64,000 bases of DNA from Euglena gracilis (Eukaryota), in the NCBI GenBank assembly GCA_039621445.1, contig CP154954.1, positions 22,456,954-22,520,953 of the forward strand, in the 5' to 3' direction. The position numbers and the translations under genes are program-made. Shown here piece after piece: positions 1 through 42,544 of the stretch (position 1 is its first letter; the number at the start of each line of letters is the position of its first letter). Below the pieces are notes generated by a model. That model worked only from the letters and a program-made list of their open reading frames with translations. It had not been told where the DNA came from and did not search any database.

Positions 1-172
1 AAACAAGCAAATACGCCCAAATCCAGCAAGGTTGGACTTTTTCAGCCAAACTTTGGACATGAAAACCCAAAGCTTCAAAACCTCAAAAATGACACTTTTG
101 TCATTTTACACCCTTTCCACCTATTTTTTTTCGGCGCTTTGCTGGGCTGATGCAAACTTTATTTCCACAGAC

Positions 173-29499
<29,327 letters not shown>

Positions 29500-30131
29500 C
29501 TGCAGGCAATGGGGTCGTGTTTCTCAACATATTGTATCCATTGTGATTCTTTTGGCCATTTTGTAGTTTGGCTTTTTTGACTAAGTTTGGATGCGGATCA
29601 TTTTTTGTACCCAACCTTCTGCCCACGAGGTCCATAACAATTCCCCCTGCTATTGAAACTGGTCTACTGCCTTTCCATGGACAGGGACATGGGAAATTTC
29701 CACTTGCAAAATGACCAGCAGGTCACTTGTTGAATTCCATTCTGACCCCGGAGGTCGATGACTCCAGCCACTTGGGTCAAAAAAAATGGCGGAAAATCAA
29801 TGCATTCTGGCCAATGGTTGAAAACAAAATTGGATTTGTGATGTGTTTTGGGATGCCTTATTCTTCAACTGCCCAGAGGGGTCCAGCTCAGAGGTTGTTG
29901 TCTGGAACGTCAACTCCCATTGGGATCCTGTTTGCACCCAAAAAAAAATGAAAACTTCATTCTTTTAAGCTTCACAACTAGAATCCAGAGAACGAGAAGG
30001 CACTCATCAAAAGGCCTCATCAAAAGGCTAAATGTATTTCTTCTGTTGGCGCCGTTTGCCAGTGCTCCCCCCCGGTGAATTGTAGCCTCTTTGACTGATG
30101 AATGCCTTTCGCCGTTGTGAGATTTTCAGAT

Positions 30132-30254
30132 TAAGGGTTCTCTTAAAGACCGCAGGCGGGGGGGGGTCCCGCGGTTCGGCTGGAAAAAGGCGCTGGCTGG
30201 CTGAAGCCCCCCCCCCCCAGGGGTAAGGTCCCCTCCGGCTCAAGAAAACCCCTG
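30132..30254. mobile_element. Short hAT-like MITE (CAGGGGTTTT family)
   Basis: Ends TAAGGGTTCTCT / AGAAAACCCCTG. 8-bp TSD TTTCAGAT. Confidence 0.78.
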
Positions 30255-32666
30255 TTTCAGATTCATTAGCCCTCAAAAATGAGGGTTGCCCAACGTGATA
30301 TATTCGGGTTCCCTTTTTTTTTGGACCCACTACAGGTGTCGAACATAATAGTGAAAACAAAAATGGATGTGTAAGCCAACGTCAGAGGTCATCATGGGGT
30401 TATGCATGCCGACACACCAATTACAATAATCGGTTGGAATGCCCCTCCAATGGTGGCATACCGATGGGTTCCCCATACACACCCAATAATAATCGGTCCC
30501 CAAGGGGGCAACATCATGTGGAGAGTGTTCAATAGGAGGGAATGTAACAAACGGACAACCTTACTTCAACCATGCAAAGGTGCCCGTGGAAGCAAAACAC
30601 CACTATTTGCACTGGCTCAATCACCAAATGGCACCCCTCTATTTCTTCACAAAAAAAAATCTCGAAAATTTCAGGTTTAATAATTGGTAGCTTTTAGGAG
30701 GGGGTGAAAAAAGGCAGGTCAAAAAAATTCGACCAAATTTTGGCACAATCAAATTATACTGACATTTTTTCATTGGATTCTTTTTTGGACTTTCAATGGC
30801 ATTTTTTTTTTGCTTCAAAGACCACTCAAAATAAAATTTCTGAGAAAATGTTGAAATTTTGGAAGGTGTGAAAAAATGGGGGTTTAGGGGGGTTTTGGGA
30901 GTGACCTCCCATATGGGTCAAAAAAACACCCAGCGCCTTTGGCACCGGAAGAATCTTTTTCCCCTGGAAATACGGGAAGAGGGTGGTGGGGGGTGGTCAA
31001 CCCCCCCCCCACCACCCTGGCTGTTCGGCCGATTCCCGTTCTGCCCTGCCCTTGGCAGGTCCGGACCCCCCCCCCCTCTGGTCCAAGAGTGGGGGGGGGT
31101 GGACACCAGCAACATAAACCCAAATTGCCAAAAATGTCAAAAAAAATGGTGCCAAGAGATGGAAGAAAATTTTGGATTTCTGGGGTCCCGGGCTGGGGGG
31201 TCCCGGGTGCTCCTCTGGGGCAGCACTCTCAATCCCAAGTCCGAGGAACAAACTGCCCTTATGCTAGCGATCTGCCCCGTGAAGTTAATCTTTGGGACTG
31301 CACCCAAAAATGAACGTGCTGGCAGGGTTTGATATGAAGGTTGATGAGATTGCCCCCCCTGCATTGGTCCAACAGGAGGGGACACACCCCAAACGCTGTT
31401 TCGGCCCGGAGGTCGTTGCCTCCAAGAAGGGAAAAAAACAAAAGAGTATTAAAACCATAACATATTATCCAAAAGGAAGATAAAAATTTGGTTGGCAAAA
31501 TCATGGCATGGGGGAGTACAAGGCCCCTGGGGGGTTTCTGCTGCCCCAAACCTGCAAAGGGGTTTAGGTCGTTGAAAAGATTAGGGTTAGGGTAATAGTT
31601 TTAAAGCCTGAAATTGGCCTAATCCGGAGCGGTCCTCCAGACCAGTCCTGAAAGTTGTGGGCCCCTATTCCTTTTAATAAACTCCGAAACGGGGGGGGGG
31701 GGCAGGTCCCTTGCGTGGGCAACCGTGTGGTGGGTTTTCTCTTTCCCACCCTTGTCCCCTGCCGCCTTTGGGGCCGTGCCTCGTGGGCCAAAAGCGGGAG
31801 TGGGCGGGGCAAGGGCCCCGGGGCCAGAGATTTTCGGCCCCGGGGCGAGGGCTGGACGAGAAAGCCTGGGGTCTCCCCCCCCACCACGGCACCGCCTGAA
31901 GGAAAACTCCTTCGGCGCCGAAGGAAAAATTTGCTCGAATACCGCCCCTGGAAATACAGGAAGGGGTGGTGGGTGGGGGGGAGGGCATGAAGTGAGAGGG
32001 GGGAGGGGGGTGGTCCCGGACCCACCTCCCGTGGGAAGGGGAGAGGGTCCCCGGGGGAAAAAAAAACCTGGCGCAAAGCGCCGGAAAATGTTTTTTGGGG
32101 GGGCCTGCAAAAAAAATGCCCGAAATTTTCAGGCAATTTTTTTTCCTCCAAAACACATGATAAAACATAAGTCTGCTGGCGCCAAGCGCTGGGAATCCCT
32201 GAAACCCTGTGGGTGGTGGGTAGGAGGGTCCGACCACCTGCCCCCCCCCCCCCCCCCCGGGGGTTAAGCGAGCGTTGGTTTTGTACAGGGGGTCCGACCA
32301 CCTCCCCTCCTCCCTCCTAGGGGAGGAGGGGAGGCACCACCCCCAGGGCCCAGGTGGTGGGTGCGGAGACCCCCTCATTGAAACAAAAAAACCATTTCTT
32401 CCCCATACAATCCTGCCAGATGGGGAGGGTGGCACCCCCCCTATTTTTAGCTGTGACACTCCCATATTGAACCAATCCTACTGAGTGGGAGCAGGACAAA
32501 CGTGAGCATTTTCAAACCTTGTGCAGTGGAGTGCCACCGTGAGTGACTGTGTGGGGATGGAGGAAAGGTTAGTGATGGGCAGGTGCCCCTGCAGGCTGGC
32601 TTGGAGCGTTAAATAAATGAAATGTGCAATAAATGGGTGACGATGCCACAGCGCTGCTCTCACATC

Positions 32667-33960
32667 CAGGCACCTATAGTCAAGCCCAAAAACATGACCA
32701 TTTTAGGCCATTTTTAGGCCATTTTGGGCCATTTGTGGCAATTTTAAGGCACTGTAAGCTATGGGTTCTGAAAATCATAATCTTGGGTCATTTTTGTCCC
32801 AAAAATTGTGTAATTGTGTGCGCAAAACTTCACTTAATTCAGAAACAAGAAAATGAGCATTAAAAAAGCATGTAAAATCCATTGGCACTGAATCGAAACC
32901 ACAGGAAGCTCAAGAAATCTAATTTATTCCCAGGAATTCCGAACGGAATTTTTTATGCATTTTCTGCATAAAAATTTTTGTTGGAAAAATGTTGGGCAAA
33001 ATATTATCTGGGCGGACAAAATGGTGGATGCACAAACCCTTTCTGAGGAAACACAATGGCCCTGATACCAAACCTTGTATTTTTCCAAATCAACTGAATT
33101 CAAATTCAAAAATTGAAAATATATGCATCGCAGGACAACTGCTCAGATGTGCAAATCAAACATGCCAAAATGGAAGTGAAGATGTGGGCAAATTGCAATT
33201 TTTTCGACTCAATTTAAACAAATGTTCTAAATGCCTCAGTTTTAGGTTCTTGCTGGAGAAGTTTGCTGAAGCCACATGCATGGTATCCCCACCATACCAA
33301 AAGACACAATCATTTGCCATTTGCTCCCTTCAAGCTGTTAAAAAATATTTTACACCTTCATTTTAAGCCATTTTAAGCTATAGGCGGGGGTTTTGAAAAT
33401 CATGATTTTGGGTAGTTTTTGTCCCAAACTCTGCATCATTGTGTGTCCAAACCTTCAGCTATTCAGCAACAAGAAATGCACATCCAAAAAAACGTACAAA
33501 ATTCATGAACACTGGATGAAAGCCACGGGGAGCTCAACAATCTTCATTCCCACCCACAGAGGAATTCTGAACGATGGGAATCCACTGCGAGAAAATTTTG
33601 TCGAAAAAATATTGGACAAAAAAATTCAAAGGACAGTTAAAATGATGGATGCAAAAAACCTTTTTGAGAAAATACAATGGCGTTGACAAAATCATAGGGA
33701 AATTTTAAAAAAAATACATGTGGGATCTAAAAAAAAAATATATGTCTATTGTGGGACAGTTGCTCTGAATGTGAAAATTGAACATGCTAAAGGTGAAACT
33801 GCGGGGAAATCACAACCTTTGTCAATTCAATTGTAATTTACAATTCCGGTGCCTCAGTTTTAGGTTCTTGTTGGAGAAGTTGCTGAAGCCAAGAGCATGG
33901 GATCCCCATCATATCAAAAGACACAATCATTTGCCATTTGCACCATTCAAGCTGTTTAAA
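32667..33960. mobile_element. Truncated second copy of the CAGGCACCTATAG element with an internal ~600-bp tandem duplication
   Basis: Same left TIR and ATTTTAGGCC repeats. About 32740-33340 is repeated at about 33370-33960. No right TIR is visible. Confidence 0.7.
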
Positions 33961-33962
33961 GC

Positions 33963-34306
<344 letters not shown>

Positions 34307-34558
34307 CTCGCATGCAGGTGGCACGGCAACGTTGTACCTGCTGGATTGCATTACCACCTTGCATTGTATTACCACATATCATACTTATATCTACATGACA
34401 TTATATAATTGTAATAATATATAAGTATATTGTATTATATTATTATTATTTATATAATGAATTGTATACTTCTGTCCTGACCAGGCTCCCCTCCCTGGCA
34501 ACCGACCAACTCCACCAAAGTGCCCCCCCCCCCCCAAAGCGTCGCTGTGGTGCTGGCC

Positions 34559-37500
34559 TCAGCGGCGCCAGCACAGGCGGAACCGGCCGCCCGTGCTGGC
34601 CCCCGGCTGCAGCTCCGCCCGGCACGCCTCGCACCGGCAGTCAAAGCCCCGGGCGGAGAGGAGGGCCGCCCGGCGCTGGGCCGGGGGGCCGGGCCCAGGG
34701 CTTGGTGGCAGCCAACCGGGCCCAGTTGGCTGTGGGGGGGGGATGGGGAGGGGTTGAACCCACACTGGACGTGAGGGGCATGCGACACACGGGATTGACA
34801 AAGGGGGGAACATTGCCACAGGAAGGGCAAACGCCGTGAAATGCGTCCGTTGTGGATGGACACGGGTTGCTGATGCGACACAAATGAAAGAGCTGCACGA
34901 AGTTACTGAACTGCCTTCAACGGAGGCACCACAACCCATGCCCCCAAAAAATTTCCTATCATGGCATTGCTCATCCCTTGGCACCAATCCCTCATCCCCG
35001 AAGACCCTCGAAGAACCCCACTGCCCCCCCATGACCATTTTCCCTCTTTTCCCACCCACCCAGCCACCCACCTACCCACACACTCGAGCCACCAAAACTA
35101 TTTGACTCCCGCATTCCCCTCAAACCGAGCCCTGGTCGTGCAATTCTTGGGGATCGAGGTAGCTCATGTGCAGCGCTGCCCCCTGGAAGAGCGGAAGGAT
35201 CTCTCATCCAAAAGGTCCTCCCCGCCCAAGCTTGGAACAACGCCGCGAAATGATTCCTTGCGATCTCCATCAACGGTCATTGAAAAAGATTCTGAACCAC
35301 AATCTTCCTCTTGCCACGCTTTTTTTGCAGAGCTGTTTCCACAAACATGACAGTGAACAGGCTATCCAGAAAGACCGCATCTGACTGGGGGGGGGTCGTT
35401 AGACAAGCTCACTCGCTGGACTTAGAGGGCGAGGTATAAAAACCTTTGCCAGAAGTGCCTTGGCTGAGTGCCCAAGCACTTTTGGCCATGTGCCTCAACC
35501 CCCCTGGGGGGATCTGGGTGCCTTGGAGTGCCTGCCCAAGCAGGCAACCACTGGGGGGGGGGGATCGGCCTTTCATTCTACCCTGTCAAATACGAACTTC
35601 CATTCTGTATTTTTCACGCACTAGACGCAATTTTTTGTTGTTTGAAACGTTTTCCTGGAGGAAAATTTTCTCTGGTATTGTAGAAAGACAGAGGTAACTG
35701 TATGACTTGGCTCCAAAACTATCAATTCCAGAGCATATGTATGATCTTTGTCTTGGGATACATATTGGGAGGCAAAATACAGCAGTCGAGTACTTGATGG
35801 TGATAATTAAGAAAATGTGTGGTTCAGACAACACGCGAGACGGGGAGGAAGGTGAAAACTACAATGACACTTTTACATGCTTTGTTGCGCTTCAACTTAA
35901 AAAAAATTGTCAGACGAAAAACCCCAATAACGATTTTTACTTGATTTGGCATGATTTATTTTGGGAAGAATAGACTTGCATGGTCATGATTGATATATTC
36001 ACGTGATTTCACACATCATGCCTTTTTGGTGAAAAACCTGCCTTTTGCATTTCTCTTTTGACTGTCAGCTCTGACCATCTGCAGCACCTCACCCTTAAGA
36101 ATGGGACGCCAAGATAATGAGGGAGAACGGAATATGGACACACAAACTCCCGAAGTTGCTTCTGAAACGAGATGATCGTTGATGCTGAACATGAGAAAAC
36201 TGGCGAAAAGCAAATCAACGGCACTCAACGCCTTGTTCCAACATACCCACCCACTCACCCATCTACACCTCCCCCACGTGAACCCCAAATCACACCCGGG
36301 GGATGCGGCGGGTCGCCCGGCACACAAGTTGGACCGACTCGCTGGCCATCCCCTGGCCGGGGGTTGGGACGTCCAGCAGGTTGATCGTGCAGCCCGTGTT
36401 GGGTCGGCAGACCGTTGCCCCCCCGGGCCACACAAGCTGTGGACGGGGGGGGGGACCAGTCCAGGGGGGGGGGGGGGCTACGGCCTGGGTGGGGGCACAG
36501 CTGTGGTTCAGCAGGGAGGCGAGGGGGAAGAGGCAGCGCACGTTGGCCTGTGGCGGGGGGGGGGGGTGGGGGGGGAAGAGTGCTCGAAAGTCCTACCGAC
36601 AGATAGGGGGGAGAGTGAGAGGGCGGGAAAGAAAAAGCAAATGCCATTTTCTGATTAACAACAGTAGCAAATCACATTCTTTTCGTCGGACACGTGGGGA
36701 CAAAGACACCGGGTTGATTCGACCACCCGGGGGGTCTCGCTGTCCCCCCCCCCCCCTTGGGTGCCTGCCCGGGGCAACCCTGCAGCTCCCCCTGGTTGGG
36801 GTGGGGGTCGGCCTCAACTTCAAATTAAGCTTGATCAAGCCATGTTATTGGGGAGACTCCAGGCCCCGCCCAGCCCCCCTGCACACCTTGGCGGGCCGCT
36901 CCTGCCGGCCGTCCACAAACTGCACCCGCTTCTCCAGCCCGTTGCCGCGGAACCCACCGTACGCCGCGAGGAGGTCCGCCGCGGCCAGCCCGCCGCGCTG
37001 GGCGAAAGGCAGGGCGTTGAACGCGGCCGTCAGGGCCTGGCTCTCCGCCTGTGTTGGGAGGGGTAAAGAGGGCAGGTGGGGGTTCAGACTCCTGGATTCG
37101 GTTCAGGAGGGGGGGTGGGGGGGACCCCCCCCACCTAAACAATTGCGCAATCTGGGTGTCCGATTTTCAGCCCAGCGCTTTGCGCTGGGCCGAAAAATTC
37201 TGACCCCTAAAACCGCCAGAAGTGCCATTTTGGGCACATTTTGGGCAAAAATTTGTCAAAAATGCAAAAAAAGATCTTCGGCGTGAAGTGCTAGAAGGAA
37301 AAAAAAATGCTCTTTTTGGGGGGTGGCCTGGGCACGATCGGTCCGGGCCCTACTGGCAGGTGGAGGGGGGTGGTCTGGACCCCCTCCGATCCGGGGGTGG
37401 GGGCAACACCCACCTAAATTCTGCACGCCCTCCTTATATCGATCCTTGGACCAGGGGGGCTGGCCATCCATATGGCGTTTGGGGTATGGCGCTTACTGTA

Positions 37501-40500
37501 ACCACATGGCGTATGGCACTGACCGCAATGATATGACGGATGGCACTAAGACCCCCCGGGGAGGGGATGGGCGGCTGGATGGTATTTGTTGAGGGGCCAG
37601 TTCCCCCCCAACGCAGACCCAACATATTACTTTGGTCACTTTTGGCAAAAAAACTTGTCCAAATTGCCAACCGGAAGAAAACCTTGGGGGGGGGGCAGGT
37701 ACCCCTGGGGTCGGTCAGGACCCCCCTTGGGAAATGAGGGGTGGTCAGGACCCAGCCCCCCAAAGCCTGGCACCCTCCTTATATCGAACCCTGGGGTCAG
37801 GTCATTTTTTTGGGTACCAATTCCTGGAACACCCCGGGACCCTGGGCACACCACTTGCAACCCTCTCCTCCAGCACAACCATAATCAATTCCCAAGGGAG
37901 GGTTCAATATCGAACCACAGATCTGAAAATGAAGTGGTTGACTCAAGCCCAAGCAAGCCTGCATGACATATGCCAATAATTTTGTCACCAAAATTTGGTC
38001 TTGATGCCACAAAAAAGGGGGTGGGCGGTACGGAGACACGCTGGAGACACGTGCCATGCATACATGCGTGCATGTACCACACATACCGTACCTACCGAAC
38101 ATAACGTACATTACGTACATATACTGGAGACCGTTGAAGGCACGTACCGTACATACCATACATTACATACACGCACCGTACATACTGTACATACCATACA
38201 TTACACACACATACCGGAGACACGCTGACATCGCGGGGCAGGCCGGCCAGCAGCGGCCCCAGTGCGGCGTGGAGGGGGCCGGCCCGCAGGGCGAGGTAGG
38301 CGGGGAGGAAGGCGGCGGGGCTGGCGTCGCTGCTAACCACCGCGAAGGCGGCCTGGGGCACCGGTTGTATGCAATATTCCCTTCCCATTATCTGCCTTGC
38401 CAGTAGGTTGTCAGTGGAGTTCTTATTCCTGAAATATTGTCACCCATCAAATAACACACACACACACACACATAATATACATATATCATATAATATATGT
38501 GTAATATATGTTATAACATGTGGTGTATATACTATATAATATATAATAATATAAAATATAATATGTATAATATAATATATATATACATTTTTAAATATAA
38601 CATATATAATAGAATAATATATAATATATTGTGTATAATACATATAATATGCATTCAAAACATATCCAAATGGTGGAATTAAACGTACATCCAGAAAGAA
38701 GACATTCGTGCAACACACCTTCTCGTGAAAGATCACTTCACCTGCATCAATGTCCCTGCCAACCCTCAGCCCCAGACCCATATCTGGTATCAAGCCTTTG
38801 CGTGTGGGCGAGTTGGGAAAACACTTGTCACTTGGGATGAAACACCTGGAATCAGAAAATGTGCTTCAAATTGAGAGAAAAATAACACATAACACATAAT
38901 TAAATACGCGTTGGCATATTAATGCAATGTGTGGATTCCTCTGCACAAGAATAATTTCAGAGGCCACGGATAAAACGGGGGTTGGATTGGAGGCAGAGGG
39001 AAGCGGGGGCGGTGCAGGAGCTTGGTTGGCACCACGGAGACCTCCAGCGCTATGCTGCGCACCAGGAAACGCCCCAGCACCTCGTCCAGGGTAGAGAAGC
39101 GATGCAGACCTGGCAGCACGAAATGCTTCCCCAAAGCCAAGCCCCACGTTTCCAAATACACAGCCCTCCACCGGGGTGCTTTTGGCATCCTGTGCCATAC
39201 TGGCTCATTCTGCCAAAAAAAACAACCAATTATTCTGAATACTGCTTTTTTCTCATTTACCCAATCATATCCAATGCACTTTTTCTTCGGTGTGTGTGCA
39301 GCTTGTTCTTGTTGTCATGCCTGATTGTGCTATACCATCAGCAAAACATAATTGGTAATCCTTCTATATAAACATAAATATAACTCTGGGAAACTTGCTG
39401 TATTATACTGGAAAATGCACGGCACATTGGCTGTTCAGAACGAGGGGGATGTGACACCTGGAAAGCGGATCGATGCTGCCTGGCCAGCCGGCTCGGTGCG
39501 GGTGTAGGTGTGAACAGGCACGTCCCCTTCAGCCTCAGGTGTGGGCAATACTGGGTCGTAGTCTGCTGCCCCCTGGGCCTCGGGAGGCCTGCAGCAGAAA
39601 TGAAATAAAACACAGAACAACAAGGCAGAAAGCCAGGAGGAGAGCTCCGTTCTGTCCTGTTCCTCGTGCAATTGTCTCCGCCCCATTTCATTTTTTAAAT
39701 GCACAGCACAATGGAATGCACAACCGAGTAACACAGCACCACACAATACTCTTCACAAATTCTTTATGGTTTGGATCTGACCCTCTGGTGTGCATTCATG
39801 TGCATGTGCGTAATGACATTCACAAGTGATCCACAAAGAGGGAAGAAACGCAATGGGATCCAAAATGCGGGTGGAAAAGAAGAACAGTCTTCAAAAACTT
39901 TGGAGCCAAATGTGCCAAAAAGAACTGCAAAAATCTTCTTTGTGGTTTTGCCACTCATCAAAATTCCACAATGCGAATTTTCATAGAAAAAATGATATTG
40001 GAACAATTTCACTGAATAAAATACGAAATTCGAGGAGGAAAAAAAACCTGGTGGAGAAAAAAACACAAATCAGCGAATTTCGCAAAACTGAAAAGAAGCA
40101 AGAAAACCAGAAAAAGCACCCCCAAAGCACCATACAGGGTTGGAGGAGCGAGGCCCTGGGCAGCCGCGGTGGCCCGCAGCACATCTTCCAGCGGCGGCAC
40201 AAAATCCTCCGCGTGGAACTCGGGCGCTGTAGACGTGGGGCGAAGGAGGGCTACAAAAGAAGGTTCGCTGCTGGTTGCAGGGGTTGCAGGCATAAGAGCA
40301 CCACTGTGTTGGGGCAGAGCATGTGTTTCGATCAAACGCTTTTCCTTTTCAGGACCCGGCAGAAATGGGGGGGACAGCGCCCACCCCTGCTTTTGCGGGG
40401 CATTTTTTGGGTCCAAATTTTTCTTGGTGCTTCATGCTGCCCCCGCCGGCCCCCCTTCCCAGGTCACCAACCATAAAATATTTGAATTTGAAGAATATAC

Positions 40501-41967
40501 GCGACCGTATCACCATTATGAGTTGATACCCGAAATCCTCATTGCAGGAACCCTCCCCCAGAATGATGCTTTTGCGAAAACTTCATTCAGGTGTCTGTGG
40601 TCAGAGGCTGGTGGGGCAGTCAGGTGCTGGGGTTTGGTCGGTCCGAAAACCTTCCATTTTCCAAAAAAAATTTATGGGGGGTCAAGGCGGCGGAGGGAGA
40701 GACCCGTCAGGCAGGGAGGAGGGTCAGGAGGCGCTGGGGCGAAGGCGTCGGGCACAGGGTCAGCCACCGGCCCTGAGACGGGGGGGGGGGGGGAGGGGGG
40801 GGGCCAACCGGAAGGGGGGGGGGGGGTGGGTCGACCCCGCCCACCCACCACAGCAAGGAAATTTTGACCTAAAAATCGTCGCCCGGGAAATATGGGAAAG
40901 CCTTGGGTGGGGATTGTCGCCCCCCCCCCCTTCATCAGGACGTGGGTGGGGTGGTGGCTGACTCCCCCCCAACCATGGGGTTTCAGGGATTCTTGAAAGC
41001 CCTGGCCGAGGGGCCCTGGAGAGGGCAGTGGACGGTTTGGCTGATTGCCACTGGGTGGGGGGATGGGTGGGGGGAAACGAGACCCCAAGGGGGGGGCGAA
41101 GCAAGGCCGAAGCCGAAGCCGAAGCCTGCACGAAAACAACAATGCGTGGGGGGGGCAATACTGGGCTGTGGAGTTGTGGACGACACGGCTCGATCGAGCA
41201 CTGCTGGTTTCGGCGGGTCTGAGAAAGCAACAAACAGAGGTAAACACAGCCGAACTGGTGTCATTGATGGTTCTTTGGCCGGTGTGCTTTTTGGGCGAGC
41301 ACAATGCAGTCTGCAAGGTGGTGATGCACCGCAGAAGTCGAAAAAGCAATTTGCGATTGCCCCAAGGAATTACGGAATCCAACCCGATTTGGCAGAGGTT
41401 AGATTGAGGCTGAAATGGTGGAAGATTTATGGATGATTTTTCACAACACAGTGGCCGCTTCCTTCCCACCACCAACGTCACACCAGCCCTAACCTGGTCC
41501 CTCACCCTGAACTGGATGCAAAGCCTTAATCCTATCCGAAACCTGAACTCCTGCCCTCAATGGCAACCTCTAACAATGTATGTCACAGCCTCCCCCCCCC
41601 CCGTCCTGCTCCACCCCTCCTGTCTTGTGCCATTTGTGTCCTTCCATCGAAATGCATACGCGACCCCAGCCGGACCAGGGGTGACCCTTCCCACACCCGG
41701 CCATACAATGGTGTCATCATTCAGCCTGTACCCACAACCAACCCTGGGGGGGGGGGGCTTGGAGTGCCTGGTCTTGGTTTTAGGGGCAGGTGGTGTTTGC
41801 GTGTGAACGTGGATGTGTGGACGTGTGGACCAGGGGGGTGGGAGCAGCGGACCCGGGGTCGGGGTGCACTCCGTCAGGGCCGCCTCCAGCAGGGCGTCCA
41901 CGTCGTCCGCGGGGGGCGGCAGGACGAGGGAGTCCAGGAGGGCGTCCGGGTCGAACTCCGCGGCCAT
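34559..41967 (-). CDS. Multi-exon SET-domain protein (SMYD-like lysine methyltransferase) with a long Pro-rich N-terminus and post-SET cysteines
   Basis: Exons: 41853-41967 (ATG), 41162-41218, (unresolved small exons 40590-40775), 40136-40303, 39458-39588, 39028-39199, 38719-38785, 38230-38352, 36887-37048, 36491-36547, 36296-36400, 36077-36093, 35138-35165, 34559-34690 (TGA). Motifs after splicing: MGLGLRVGRDIDAGEVIFHE (GxG), LFPLASLLNHSCAPN (NHSCxPN), CRATRRIPRGEVLQMSYL (GEEL-x-SY), RGFDCRCEAC (post-SET CxCxxC). Confidence 0.88.
34691..35137 (-). other. Nonconventional intron in the SET gene
   Basis: Boundaries C|GACCAGGGCTCGGT ... ACCAAGCCCTGGGCCC|G. 10 of 11 positions pair from +4/-6. 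Removal gives ELH-GPPAQRR. Confidence 0.88.
35166..36076 (-). other. Nonconventional intron in the SET gene
   Basis: Boundaries T|GGTCAGAGCTG ... CAGCGCTGCACAT|G, with CAG at +4..+6 and CTG at -8..-6. Removal gives GEVLQM-SYL. Confidence 0.88.
36401..36490 (-). other. 90-nt nonconventional intron splitting the NHSCAP/N motif (exact boundary can slide within a CCC repeat)
   Basis: The 5' end ACCCAGGCCGTAGCCCCCC pairs with the 3' end GGGGGGCAACGGTCTG. No GT/GC-AG solution exists. Removal restores NHSCAPN. Confidence 0.8.
38786..39027 (-). other. Nonconventional intron in the SET gene
   Basis: Boundaries C|AACCAAGCTCCTGC ... GCAAAGGCTTGATACC|A with pairing in the +4/-6 register. Removal gives EVSVVP-DMGLGLRV. 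Confidence 0.8.
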
Positions 41968-42288
41968 CCCGCCCCGCGGCACCCGGGCATGGGGGGGGGG
42001 CTGGGCTGTCCGGAGGCGCATGGAGGGGCTGGGGCAGGCTGGTTTGGTTCGACCAAGCCTGCGGGTGCTGACCTCGTGCTATGAGGTGCCTTGCCTATAG
42101 CGCCCCCCCCCCCCCGGTTGGTTTTGGGTTCTGGCTCCGGCCGATCCTTTTCCTTCTCGCAAATGGCCGCTTTTGGGCCACGGCGCCTTCGGCGCTGGAG
42201 GCTGTGTTATAGCACTGCCCACCCCAAAACCCGACGGAAATGCTTCCCCTCCGCTGCTGCCCATAGCACCATCCCCGGGGGGGGTGAC

Positions 42289-42544
42289 CAGGGTTTTTTT
42301 TAAAGACCGGGGGGGAGGGGGAGGGAGGGCCCCCCCCACCCACCCACCCCCTGGGGGGCCCCGGGGGGGGGGTCCTGGGGACCCACAAAAAATGGCCAAA
42401 AATCGCGAAAAGTGCTAAAAATAGCACTTTTTTCGGCGCCGAAAAGTATATCCCACCCCCCTCCCGGGGGGGGGGGGCTCGGCCGACGCACCCACCCTTC
42501 CCCCCCTCCCCCCCCCCGGGGGTCCACGACTAAAAAAACCCCTG
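42289..42544. mobile_element. hAT-like MITE (CAGGGGTTTT family)
   Basis: Ends CAGGGTTTTT / AAAAACCCCTG. Degenerate TSD GGGGTGAC / GGGGCGAT. Confidence 0.7.

Noticed and set aside
29640-32650. Candidate upstream exons of the membrane-protein gene (near 29670-29770, 29860-29930, 31390-31420, 32540-32590)
   Set aside because: Splice-like signals are present, but frame and start codon could not be resolved.
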